Source of the DNA: Candidatus Moraniibacteriota bacterium
Lineage (GTDB): Bacteria; Patescibacteriota; Minisyncoccia; Moranbacterales; UBA1568
Length of the DNA stretch: 64,000 nt
Direction: 5' to 3'
NCBI GenBank assembly: GCA_052034935.1
Contig: JBPOIB010000001.1
Span: forward strand, 74,746-138,745
Shown in pieces: positions 28,336 through 37,773 of the stretch. Positions within the stretch are counted from its first letter, which is position 1. Every line of letters starts with the position of its first letter. The position numbers and the translations under genes are program-made. The notes under the pieces were generated by a model. The model saw nothing but the letters and a program-made list of their open reading frames with translations. It had not been told where the DNA came from and did not search any database.

Positions 28336-30786
28336 ATGGGCTTTTTTTTCTGGTACTACACGAAAGGGATCGCGGGCATCGCGCATATCGCGCGCGGCTA
28401 TGTTCGCTATGTCTGGCATCGTTTCAATATCGCCGGTCTTTTTCGGACGCTCCTCTCCCCCTGGCATCGCGATGTGAGTTTCCAGACCTGGCGCGGCTTC
28501 CATCCGATCCTTGCGGCGGAAGCGCTCATCAATAACCTCGTGACACGGATACTGGGCGGTGTCATGCGTCTTGCTGTCATCGCTTTCGGTCTGGGCATGA
28601 TGCTTCTCGTTGGTGCGTTGGTACTGGTGCTCTCCGGATTCGCGTTTGTCGCGCCGATCCTTCTCGTCGGAGGTAGCTTCGTGCTTGGTCTCATCCTCGG
28701 AACCGTCTTCGGGATTGCTCTTTTTATCGCCGCGGCGGTCGTTATCTTGGTCGGCGTTCTCGCGTGGCACGAATCGGAACGCAATTCCAAAGACTATACG
28801 CTTGAGCCCGAGCATGCGCCTTGGCGTGACCGGGCGCTTCTCCGACTCGGAATTCCGCCCAAGGAAGTATCGGCCGAAAATATCGCTACGCTTGAGAACC
28901 GGGAAGCATTCCTCACTTCGCGTCGGATCGCGCCCGAGCTTTTCGACCAGGCTTGGGAAGTTGAGCGACAGCGCTATCTCGAAAAAGAGCAGGTAGAACG
29001 CTTCTGGGATTGGGGGCAGCTGAAGAAAGCACCGCGGATTGGTAAGTACTGGTCATATGCTTACACACCGCACCTTGACCATTACGTCATCGATCTCTCC
29101 GAGGGCGATAACTCTAACTATCGCGGTCAGCAGGCGATCGGCCGGGAGAAGACCATCGAGATGCTCGTCCTCACGCTGACTCGCCCGACGGATAACAGCG
29201 CTCTTCTCGTCGGCGATCCCGGTATCGGCAAGCGCACTATCGTGCATGCCCTGGCCGAGCGGATCCGCGAAAACCAGTTTACACACCCTGCGCTCGATGA
29301 AGCGCGCTTCGTCATTTTCGATCTCGGCCAGGTCATCTCGGATGCTCGGAGCCAGGGAACGGACCCGAAGGGTCTCCTCCGTGATCTCCTGAATCAGGTG
29401 GTGTACGCCGGAAATGTCGTCCTCATCATTGAGGGCATCGATATGTTTCTCGATCCGAGCAATGACATGGCGGTCGGGGATGTCCTCAATGACTATCTCT
29501 CTCTCCCGACGTGCCGTATCATCGGGCTGATGACGGGTGAAGCGTATCATACGCTCGGCCAGCGGCAGATTCCCGCGCTCAAGTACTTCGAAACTGTTCA
29601 GGTGCTGGAGCCAACGCGCGAAGACACGATTCGCATCCTGCTCGATACGTTCAAGACGCTTGAGAAAAACCGGCCGGTCTTCACGCTCCAAGCGCTCCAT
29701 GGAATCGTCGAGGGCGCCGAGCGCTACAATTGGGAAATGCCATTTCCGGAGCGGGCGATTGACCTCGCTCAGGAAGTACTCGTCTATTGGGAGAAGCATC
29801 CTGAATTGCCGTTCATCGAGCGAACGATTGTCGAGGACTTCCTTGAGGAAAAATCGGGGATTCCGATGGGAGAGGCGAGCGAGGAAGAGCGCGAGAAACT
29901 TCTCAATCTCGAGTCCCTCCTCCATGAGCGGGTCATCGGTCAGGCGCTCGCCATCAAGCAGATGTCGGAGGCATTCCGGAAAGCACGCTCAGGACTCGGC
30001 AATGACAAGAAGCCGATCGGGTCCTTCCTTTTCCTCGGTCCAACCGGTGTCGGCAAGACGGAGACCGCGAAAGCACTCGCCGCCGTCTATTTCGGTGACG
30101 AGGACCGGATGGTGCGGCTTGATATGAGCGAATTCCAGACACCCCAGTCCATCGATGAGCTCATCGGATCGGCTGAAATGAATGTCCAGGGTCGGATGAC
30201 GACACTCATGAAAGAACACCCGTACTCGATCCTACTCCTTGACGAGCTTGAGAAAGCGTACCCTCGCGCCCTTGACCTTTTCCTTCAGATCCTTGATGAG
30301 GGCTATGTGACGGACGGCTTCGGTCACAAGGTGAATTTCCGGAACGCTATCATCATCGCGACCTCGAATGCGGGTGCTGATATCATCCATGCAGCGACGG
30401 CGGAGGGTCGGTCGATGGTCGATGTTGAGGACGAGCTCATGAGCACGATCATCTCGAAGGGGCTTTTTCGCCCGGAATTCCTCAACCGCTTCGACGGCGT
30501 GATTCTGTTCAATTCGCTTACGGCTGAAGAAATGGAACAGGTCACCGCGCTTAAGCTTCAGGCGTTCGCTGACAAGCTCTACACGGAGAAGAAAATCCAT
30601 CTCTCGTTCACGCCGGAAGCAATCCGTGCGGTTGTAGCGAACGGCTATGAACGCGAGTACGGCGCCCGCTCGATCAATCGCTACATTGCCGATGTCGTGG
30701 AGGATACGATCGTGAAACAGCTTCTCCAGGGTACATTGGTCGAAGGTGCAGAGGTCACCTTCACCGAGGCGGATCTGGCCGAATAG
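28336..30786 (+). CDS. Membrane-anchored ClpA/B-family AAA+ ATPase
   Basis: N-terminal TM helices; D1 GDPGIGK; D2 FLGPTGVGKTETAKALA, RLDMSEFQ, LLDELEKA, FRPEFLNRFD, YGAR. Start could also be 28309. Confidence 0.88.
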   Translation: MGFFFWYYTKGIAGIAHIARGYVRYVWHRFNIAGLFRTLLSPWHRDVSFQTWRGFHPILAAEALINNLVTRILGGVMRLAVIAFGLGMMLLVGALVLVLSGFAFVAPILLVGGSFVLGLILGTVFGIALFIAAAVVILVGVLAWHESERNSKDYTLEPEHAPWRDRALLRLGIPPKEVSAENIATLENREAFLTSRRIAPELFDQAWEVERQRYLEKEQVERFWDWGQLKKAPRIGKYWSYAYTPHLDHYVIDLSEGDNSNYRGQQAIGREKTIEMLVLTLTRPTDNSALLVGDPGIGKRTIVHALAERIRENQFTHPALDEARFVIFDLGQVISDARSQGTDPKGLLRDLLNQVVYAGNVVLIIEGIDMFLDPSNDMAVGDVLNDYLSLPTCRIIGLMTGEAYHTLGQRQIPALKYFETVQVLEPTREDTIRILLDTFKTLEKNRPVFTLQALHGIVEGAERYNWEMPFPERAIDLAQEVLVYWEKHPELPFIERTIVEDFLEEKSGIPMGEASEEEREKLLNLESLLHERVIGQALAIKQMSEAFRKARSGLGNDKKPIGSFLFLGPTGVGKTETAKALAAVYFGDEDRMVRLDMSEFQTPQSIDELIGSAEMNVQGRMTTLMKEHPYSILLLDELEKAYPRALDLFLQILDEGYVTDGFGHKVNFRNAIIIATSNAGADIIHAATAEGRSMVDVEDELMSTIISKGLFRPEFLNRFDGVILFNSLTAEEMEQVTALKLQAFADKLYTEKKIHLSFTPEAIRAVVANGYEREYGARSINRYIADVVEDTIVKQLLQGTLVEGAEVTFTEADLAE

Positions 30787-30888
30787 TCCAGTGGTTGCCG
30801 GATCGGCCCGGTACCGGACCTGTTTTGAAAACTAATGGTACGCTGGTACGTAGTAGGTAGAGAAGGTAGCTAAAAATAAAAAAAACAT

Positions 30889-32343
30889 ATGCGCACCGAA
30901 GGTTCACATAAGGCACTAGCGTTTGCGGTCGGGACATTCATGCTGTTCGGGGGTTATTTTGCCTACGCCTCCTATCTCTCGGGGATTCCCAGTACCTTGC
31001 CGTTTATTCAGACCATCTCAGCCAAGGATGGTGAGGATGACAGTAACGATGAGGAGGAAGATGACAATGAGGACGAAGAGAAGGAACAAGAGAAGGCTGA
31101 GAAAGAAAAGGAAAAGGCAGCGGAAAAGAAGAAAAAAGAAGATGAGAAAAAACGAGAGGCTGCCAAGAAGGCCGCTGAACGGTCTTACAAATCTTCGAAT
31201 TCTGGTTCAGGAAGCGGTGTGAAGCTTCGCAGCGACGGAACAGTCGACGATGACTCTTTTGAGGATGAGTCGGAAGATGATGACTATGTGAATGGCGTGA
31301 AGGTCCGTGGTGATGGCAGTGTCGATGATGATGCCGAAGAGAACGAGGTCGGGGATGATCGAATGGAACAGCGTTCGGGCAAGGATGAGCGCGAAGCCAT
31401 GTACAAGGACCGGGAGAAGACGCTCGAGCGTGTGAATGAGAAGATTGCTCAGGCCGAAGAGAAGATACTGGAAAAGCAGGCCGAGGGCGTCGATGTGACG
31501 GCAGCCCTGGCCGAGCTCGAGAAGGCAAAGGCAAAAGTTGCCGGTATTGAATCCGCTTTTGCGACCGGAGCGGTTGTGGATATCAAATCCCTCGTGAAAG
31601 AAGTGGAGCGTCTCGCGCATTTCTCTCGTGGCAAAGTACTGAAGGCTTCGGAGGATGTCGCAAAAGATGTCGCGAAGGTCGCGAAGCGCATCGCTCAGAC
31701 CAAAGAGAAGATTGCTTATCTCAAAGCAATGGGCGGCGATGCGACCAGCTATGAATCGAGCCTGTCGGAGGCAGAATCCGCCTTTGCTGACGCGAAGTCG
31801 AAAATCGCCCTCGGAGGCAGCGACCTCCTCGCGGGCCTGACGTCCTTGGAGATTGTTGAGCGGCGGGTGAAGTCGATCAAGAATTCAGTCGAAGGAGCAT
31901 TGCTCGCTCTCGGAGTTTCCGACGAGGATGAGTTCGAGACCGAGCATGATGAGGATGTCGAGGATGCCTCGGATGATCTCGTCGAACTGGCGGAAGCCGA
32001 TGAGGACCATCTCTCGCTCAAGAATCTCGCCAAGACCCATAAGGAAGAGGCAATCAAAGTCTCTGGTCTCGTCTCTCGGCTCGATGACCGCAGCCGAATC
32101 GTCCGTGGCCTTGTTGGAAACGATTCCGATATCCTGAACGAGCTCCAGAACGAAGTAGCTATTAATGAAGCGCGGATAGCGGCGATGCAGACGGCGGTGG
32201 CCGAGATCGAGGATCAGGACCTGTCTGAACTCATAAATGAGAAGATTGGCGATCTCAAATCTGAGAACGCGAAGCTCGCGAACTTCATTAGTTCTCAGTC
32301 TCTCGAAACCGGAGTCTTTGGCTGGTTCTTCAAATTGTTTTAA
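30889..32343 (+). CDS. Exported acidic coiled-coil protein of unknown function
   Basis: Signal/TM segment, Asp/Glu- and Lys-rich low-complexity region, long amphipathic helices, C-terminal GVFGWFFKLF. Confidence 0.8.
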   Translation: MRTEGSHKALAFAVGTFMLFGGYFAYASYLSGIPSTLPFIQTISAKDGEDDSNDEEEDDNEDEEKEQEKAEKEKEKAAEKKKKEDEKKREAAKKAAERSYKSSNSGSGSGVKLRSDGTVDDDSFEDESEDDDYVNGVKVRGDGSVDDDAEENEVGDDRMEQRSGKDEREAMYKDREKTLERVNEKIAQAEEKILEKQAEGVDVTAALAELEKAKAKVAGIESAFATGAVVDIKSLVKEVERLAHFSRGKVLKASEDVAKDVAKVAKRIAQTKEKIAYLKAMGGDATSYESSLSEAESAFADAKSKIALGGSDLLAGLTSLEIVERRVKSIKNSVEGALLALGVSDEDEFETEHDEDVEDASDDLVELAEADEDHLSLKNLAKTHKEEAIKVSGLVSRLDDRSRIVRGLVGNDSDILNELQNEVAINEARIAAMQTAVAEIEDQDLSELINEKIGDLKSENAKLANFISSQSLETGVFGWFFKLF

Positions 32344-32368
32344 AAGAAACAATACTAGAGTGGAAATT

Positions 32369-32392
32369 AGGGGCCCGGATTTTCCGGGCTTT
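32369..32392 (+). terminator. Intrinsic terminator
   Basis: AGGGCCCGGA-TTT-TCCGGGCTTTT. Confidence 0.65.
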
Positions 32393-32451
32393 TGATTTAT
32401 AGTAAATTGTTTAAATCTGCTAGAATAAAAAAGCACTATTTTTGAAAAAAT

Positions 32452-32913
32452 ATGAAATTTGTTCAGGTTAGCGTCGGAAAAAAACAAAAAATAGTCATCA
32501 GTCTGTTCGTCATAATACTGATAGTAGTTTTTGCTCTGGTGATAAAGAGAGTCTACGTTGATCGTGATTATCTTTTGATAAATGAGGTTGTGTGCGATCC
32601 CGGTACGGAGACGTGTTTCAAGCGGCTGTGTGAAGAATGCGAGGCGGAAGGCGAAGAATATGAGTTTTATAAAAAACAGTTCGTTTCTGCAAAGAATGTT
32701 TCGATGTGTAACCCGAGCCAAGAAGAATGCTCAGAGCTTATATGTGCTGAAACCGAGGGCTGTCAGGAACAATACTGCGACGAGACAAATGTTCCAGAGG
32801 GCGAGGAGTGTTCTAGTGCCGAAGATGCTTCCTCTGAAGACGAACCGTCTGATACCGAGGGAGAGGTAGATGAGGAAGGTGTCGTTGAATCTCCAGAGAA
32901 TGAAGGAGCTTAA
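32452..32913 (+). CDS. Membrane-anchored Cys-rich acidic protein
   Basis: N-terminal TM, CDPGTETCF motif, 10 Cys, acidic tail. Confidence 0.8.
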   Translation: MKFVQVSVGKKQKIVISLFVIILIVVFALVIKRVYVDRDYLLINEVVCDPGTETCFKRLCEECEAEGEEYEFYKKQFVSAKNVSMCNPSQEECSELICAETEGCQEQYCDETNVPEGEECSSAEDASSEDEPSDTEGEVDEEGVVESPENEGA

Positions 32914-32916
32914 TCT

Positions 32917-34212
32917 ATGCGCGTACTGTTCATCTCCCGAGAGCTTGGGGCCTCTGAACTTGTGCTCAAATTGAAGGCCGAGGGCTGTGAAGTGAAGCTC
33001 TACATACAGGACGAGGCGGTTTCAGACTGTCTAGAGGGGATGATTTCAAAGGTAGATGACTGGAAATCAGAGCTTCCTTGGGTCGGAAAAGATGGACTTC
33101 TCGTTTTTGATGATATCGGTTTCGGCGATGACCAATCCAGACTGAGGAAAGAAGGCTATCGGGTTGTTGGCGGAAGTGCTGGCGGCGACCAGATTGAAAT
33201 AAATCGACTGGTTGGAAAGCAGGTGCTCGAAGCGAGTAGTATGCTGGTATTACCAGCTCATACCTTTTCTCATCCCTCTGAAGCGAAAAAATTTCTCCTC
33301 GCGCACGCCGATTCTCGGTGGGTAGTAAAGGTGAACAATGGACATGTGAGCTCCCTCTGTTATATTGGGCAGCTTCAGGATCAGAGCGACCTCCTCGGCA
33401 TTCTCGATTTGTATGAGGAACGAGGGATAAAAGATGTCTACCTCCAGCAGCGTGCGGAAGGAGTGGAGGTAGGGGTGGGCCGCTACTTCAATGGCAACGA
33501 CTGGGTTGGTCCGATTGAGATGAATGTAGAGCACAAATCTCTGATGTCTGGGAATGTCGGACCGAAGACCGCAGAGATGGGAACACTCATGTGGTACGAC
33601 GCTGATGAGAGTAATCCGCTTTTCCTCGCGACACTCTCCCGGCTCAAAAAGCATCTGTCGGACATCGATTTTCGAGGAGATGTCGATATAAATTGTATCG
33701 TAAATGGCGATGGCGTCTGGCCTCTTGAGTTTACGGCGCGATTCGGTAATCCTGCGACGGCACTTCAGATTGAGCTGCACGACTCTCCCTGGGGAGAATT
33801 CTTGTCTGCTATTGCTGACGGGAAGCAGTATGATCTCAAATATAAAAAAGGGTTCGGAATAACAGTCACGCTCGCCGTGCCTCCTTACCCATATTGCTTC
33901 GAGCTTGATTCAGCTGAGACGTCCAAGGGTTTGCCGGTGGCATTCACGAGATTCGTCGCCTCGGAAGAACTCGTTCATTACGGTTTCGAAGAGGTTAGCA
34001 CCGACAGTAAAGGTCGGCTATATATCTCCGGAAGCCGGGGGTGTGTCGCTCATATTTCTGGCCACGGAAAGACTATCGAGTTGGCTCGTAAGGGAGCGTA
34101 TGATCGGGTGAAAAACCTGATTGTCCCAAAATCATTCTATCGAACGGATATTGGTCTGGAGTTCATCGAGCATGACTGCGATAGGCTCAAGCAGTGGGGA
34201 TGGTTAAAATAA
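32917..34212 (+). CDS. PurD-like ATP-grasp ligase (divergent)
   Basis: GPKTAEMG, LEFTARFGNP and C-terminal YRTDIG resemble PurD; canonical GxGGREH and KADGLAAGKGV are absent. Confidence 0.8.
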   Translation: MRVLFISRELGASELVLKLKAEGCEVKLYIQDEAVSDCLEGMISKVDDWKSELPWVGKDGLLVFDDIGFGDDQSRLRKEGYRVVGGSAGGDQIEINRLVGKQVLEASSMLVLPAHTFSHPSEAKKFLLAHADSRWVVKVNNGHVSSLCYIGQLQDQSDLLGILDLYEERGIKDVYLQQRAEGVEVGVGRYFNGNDWVGPIEMNVEHKSLMSGNVGPKTAEMGTLMWYDADESNPLFLATLSRLKKHLSDIDFRGDVDINCIVNGDGVWPLEFTARFGNPATALQIELHDSPWGEFLSAIADGKQYDLKYKKGFGITVTLAVPPYPYCFELDSAETSKGLPVAFTRFVASEELVHYGFEEVSTDSKGRLYISGSRGCVAHISGHGKTIELARKGAYDRVKNLIVPKSFYRTDIGLEFIEHDCDRLKQWGWLK

Positions 34213-34221
34213 AAGGACCCT

Positions 34222-35184
34222 ATGATTGAATATCATCAATGGCTGCTTGTGGCTTTCATCGCGCCGACGCTCTGGGCCATCACGAATATCATTGATGTAT
34301 ATTTTGTCGAGTCGATATACCGTGACGAGTATGATGGAGCGATCATCTCCGGTCTCTTCCAGATTCTTCCGTGGATTTTTGTGCCGATTGGCCTTATTTC
34401 ATTCGCGCTCTCTGAGTATCAGGCAACCCCACTTTTCTTTGCCGGGTTCTTCTATATTACCGCTCTCTTCTTCTTCTTTCGCTGCTTGTTCAGACAAAAC
34501 GACGCTTCCCTCATCCAGATCCTCTGGAATCTGAATGTCCCGCTCACTCTCTTCGCCAGCTGGCTTTTGTGGCAATCGCCGCTCCACCCTGTACAGTACG
34601 TCGGCTGTGCGCTTGTATTTCTGGGAGTTTGCGCGCTGACAATAAAGGGCCAAGTACCGTTCGCTATGATTCGGTCCGTCGCCCTTCCGGTCTCTGGCGC
34701 CATTGTGTTCCTCACACTCAGTATGCTGCTTTCTGGATATGGCTACGATCGTAGCACCGGCAATTTCTTTGGTTCGTACCTTCTCTTTTCACTTGGTTCT
34801 TTCGCTGCCGCCATTGGGCTGACGCTTATCCGAATGCTGTCCCGGAGATCATCACAGGAGGCGCATACTGTTGCTCATCTCGCTAGGCTTTCCTCAAAGT
34901 ACTTCATCGTTTTTTTTCTAGCTGAGCTTTTGGCGCTCTTCGGCACGATTGCTTCTCAGCGGGCACTTGATTTGAGTCCCTCAGTCGGTCTTGTGGCGAC
35001 CATAGAAAGTTTGACCCCGGCGATCATTATTCTCCTCAGTATTATCCTGGCTCTGACCATGAAAGTATTCCGGCCAGACGATGCTCGATGGGGTAAGCTC
35101 CTTCAGGAACAGACATTCGGGATGAAGGCCAAAATCATTTCCACGGTTATTATTGCTGTAGGTATCTACTGTATTGCCCGCTAG
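34222..35184 (+). CDS. EamA/DMT-family transporter
   Basis: About 10 TM segments in two repeats; LWAITNIID, QYVGCALVFLG, AVGIY. Confidence 0.8.
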   Translation: MIEYHQWLLVAFIAPTLWAITNIIDVYFVESIYRDEYDGAIISGLFQILPWIFVPIGLISFALSEYQATPLFFAGFFYITALFFFFRCLFRQNDASLIQILWNLNVPLTLFASWLLWQSPLHPVQYVGCALVFLGVCALTIKGQVPFAMIRSVALPVSGAIVFLTLSMLLSGYGYDRSTGNFFGSYLLFSLGSFAAAIGLTLIRMLSRRSSQEAHTVAHLARLSSKYFIVFFLAELLALFGTIASQRALDLSPSVGLVATIESLTPAIIILLSIILALTMKVFRPDDARWGKLLQEQTFGMKAKIISTVIIAVGIYCIAR

Positions 35185-35211
35185 AGGGTAAAATCTGTTA
35201 AAATATAAAGT

Positions 35212-36879
35212 ATGTTCTGCACCGATATCCCATCTCCAATTGCTCTTATTTTTTCGAGCAGCACGCCCACCTTGCTGTACTATTCGCATCTCCCGGTCAT
35301 TTTCACAGCGCTTATTGTGGGGTTGCTTGTCTACTCGAAGAATAAGAGCCTTGAGAGCAGACTTCTCCTGGCCTTGGTTTCACTCTTTTCTCTCTGGAAT
35401 TTTATCGACTTGATAAATTGGACGAACATCGACAGTCGGATAATCATGGTTTCTTGGACATTCATGAATTTTGTCTTCGTCCTCATCCCGGCGGTGGCCC
35501 TGTATTTTTCGTACGTCTTTCTTGAAAAGAAGGAGCCCCCGCTCTTCTTTTTTTTGGCGGGTATCATCCCGTTCTTCCCATTTGCATTTCTTTTACCAAC
35601 GAGTCTAAATCTGATCGGATTTGACCTGTCGATTTGTGAAGCGGTAGACGGTGAATTCAACTTCTACTTCCATCTTCTTCAGGCATTTTATTTCGCCTGG
35701 CTTATAGCCTTTCTGGTTTACCAGTGCATTAAGAACTGGCGGAACAATAGAAAACCAGTCATCCTCTTTTCATCGGGAATAGCCTTCTTTATCTCGAGTT
35801 TCTATGCAGGGAATCTTGTCGCGGATCTTCTGGACACATGGGAATTCGAGCAGTATGGTCTTTTCGGAATGCTTGTCTTTCTCACACTCCTCGTGATTAT
35901 GATTGTCAAATATGAGGCGTTCAATATCAAGATACTTGCGGCCCAGGCGCTCATGGGGGGATTCATCGTCCTGATTGGAGCTGAATATTTCTTTGTCTCT
36001 TCGACGACTGGTCTTGTTTTGACGACGATAACCTTTTTGCTAGCTGTTGTCTTTGCCTATTTCCTCATTCGTTCAGTGCGGCTCGAGATAGCACGCAAAG
36101 AGCAGTTGCAGGATATTGCCAACCGACTCTCCGTAGCTAATGCGGAACTGCATCGGCTCGATACAGCCAAGAGCGAGTTCATCTCAATCGCATCGCATCA
36201 ACTGCGGACGCCGCTGACTGCAATCAAGGGATTTGTTTCTCTTCTTCTCGAAGGAGCGTACGGCAAACTCGAGCCACCGGTTGCTGATACGCTCAACAAA
36301 GTCTACCTTGCCAATGCTCGCCTTATGAATCTGGTTGAGAATCTCCTCAATATTTCGCGAATCGAAGCGGGTCGCATTCAGTATCAGTTTGTGCCGACGC
36401 GGGTCGAAGAGCTCCTCGAGGAGCTTCGGGATATTTTCCAGTTGGCGGCCCACGAAAAAGGCATCACGCTTCAAATAGCTGTTCCGGAAAAGCCGCTTCC
36501 AATTCTCTCTCTCGACAGCGCTAAAATTCGCGAGGTTATCTCGAACGTAATTGACAATGCAATCAAGTACACCGAAACAGGTTCGGTCACCGTTGTTTCG
36601 GAACTCGTAGGGGAGAAAGTGATTATCACTGTTGCTGATACTGGGGTTGGTATCGATCCGGATGATTTACCGCACCTATTCCAAAAATTTGAACGTGGCA
36701 AGAATGCTGCCCAGATCAATGTCTCGAGCACTGGTCTCGGACTCTATGTCGGCAAGAACTTCATCGAGGCGCACGGCGGGACGATTCGGGCCGAGTCGGC
36801 TGGAAAGGGAAAGGGCTCCCGGTTTATCCTGGAGTTCCCGCTTCAGACGCTGAAGCTTGAAAAGAAGGCTCTGGGCTGA
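35212..36879 (+). CDS. Sensor histidine kinase with 7TM-type N-terminal region
   Basis: Multiple TM segments; H-box SIASHQLRTPL, N-box NVIDNAIKYT, DTGVGI, TGLGL. Confidence 0.95.
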   Translation: MFCTDIPSPIALIFSSSTPTLLYYSHLPVIFTALIVGLLVYSKNKSLESRLLLALVSLFSLWNFIDLINWTNIDSRIIMVSWTFMNFVFVLIPAVALYFSYVFLEKKEPPLFFFLAGIIPFFPFAFLLPTSLNLIGFDLSICEAVDGEFNFYFHLLQAFYFAWLIAFLVYQCIKNWRNNRKPVILFSSGIAFFISSFYAGNLVADLLDTWEFEQYGLFGMLVFLTLLVIMIVKYEAFNIKILAAQALMGGFIVLIGAEYFFVSSTTGLVLTTITFLLAVVFAYFLIRSVRLEIARKEQLQDIANRLSVANAELHRLDTAKSEFISIASHQLRTPLTAIKGFVSLLLEGAYGKLEPPVADTLNKVYLANARLMNLVENLLNISRIEAGRIQYQFVPTRVEELLEELRDIFQLAAHEKGITLQIAVPEKPLPILSLDSAKIREVISNVIDNAIKYTETGSVTVVSELVGEKVIITVADTGVGIDPDDLPHLFQKFERGKNAAQINVSSTGLGLYVGKNFIEAHGGTIRAESAGKGKGSRFILEFPLQTLKLEKKALG

Positions 36880-36919
36880 TACGCTCTAGACTGGCAGTTT
36901 CGAACTAATAACCATTGCT

Positions 36920-37753
36920 ATGCAAAGAATACTCCTTGTTGAAGATGATCCGTTCATTTCTGAGATTTACACAAAAAAGCTCGGATCATCAGGATTCGAG
37001 GTGATACCGGCGTTGACCGGCCGGGATGCGTTGAAGAAAATACAGGAAACGCCGTTCGACCTCGTCATGCTCGACATGGTTTTGCCGGAGCTCTCCGGTA
37101 TGGAGATTCTGCGCGAACTCCGGACGAATAAGGACTACGATGCGAATCTCAAAGTCGTCGTTTTCAGCAATCTCTCGGGACCTCAGGAGCGTCAGGATGC
37201 GGTTTCCGCTGGTGCGAACGGATTTATCTCAAAGACGGACTTCACCCCATCTGAAGTCGTCGTCGAGGTGAGGCGTTATCTCGAGCAGTTCGCTTCTCAA
37301 GCGAAAAACGCGGACCGAATCATTATCGAACCAAAGAGAGAGGTATCTTCGGTACCGACGGAGGAACAGACATCGAAGCGTATCCTCCTTATCGAAGATG
37401 AACCGGTGTTCATCGAGATGTTCGGCAAGGCATTGACGGACGCGGGATATACCGTTGTGACCGAGCGAAACGGTCAGAACGGGCTGGATCGGGCCAGGAC
37501 AGGAGAATTTGATCTCATCGTAACGGACCACCTCCTTCCGGTGGTGTCCGGCAAGGAGATTATTCAGGCTCTCCGAGGTGATGAAGCGTTCAAGTTTCTC
37601 CCTATCTTTCTTCTGACGGCCTCTCTGGAAGAGGAAGAGGTGAAAGATCTTCAGGCTTCGGGGGCGGTCAATCGTTCCTTCCTGAAGACTCAGGTGACAC
37701 CGAGCGAGCTTGCAGCAACAGTAGATTCATTTTTTTCCGGGCAAGCTTCCTAA
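36920..37753 (+). CDS. Response regulator with two receiver domains and no output domain
   Basis: ILLVEDD...LDMVLP...K, then ILLIEDE...TDHLLP...K. Confidence 0.92.
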   Translation: MQRILLVEDDPFISEIYTKKLGSSGFEVIPALTGRDALKKIQETPFDLVMLDMVLPELSGMEILRELRTNKDYDANLKVVVFSNLSGPQERQDAVSAGANGFISKTDFTPSEVVVEVRRYLEQFASQAKNADRIIIEPKREVSSVPTEEQTSKRILLIEDEPVFIEMFGKALTDAGYTVVTERNGQNGLDRARTGEFDLIVTDHLLPVVSGKEIIQALRGDEAFKFLPIFLLTASLEEEEVKDLQASGAVNRSFLKTQVTPSELAATVDSFFSGQAS

Positions 37754-37773
37754 ATATCTTGATTCGAATACAT

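Noticed and set aside
32917-34212. Assigning the symbol purD
   Set aside because: Key N-terminal PurD motifs are absent and there is no pur gene context.
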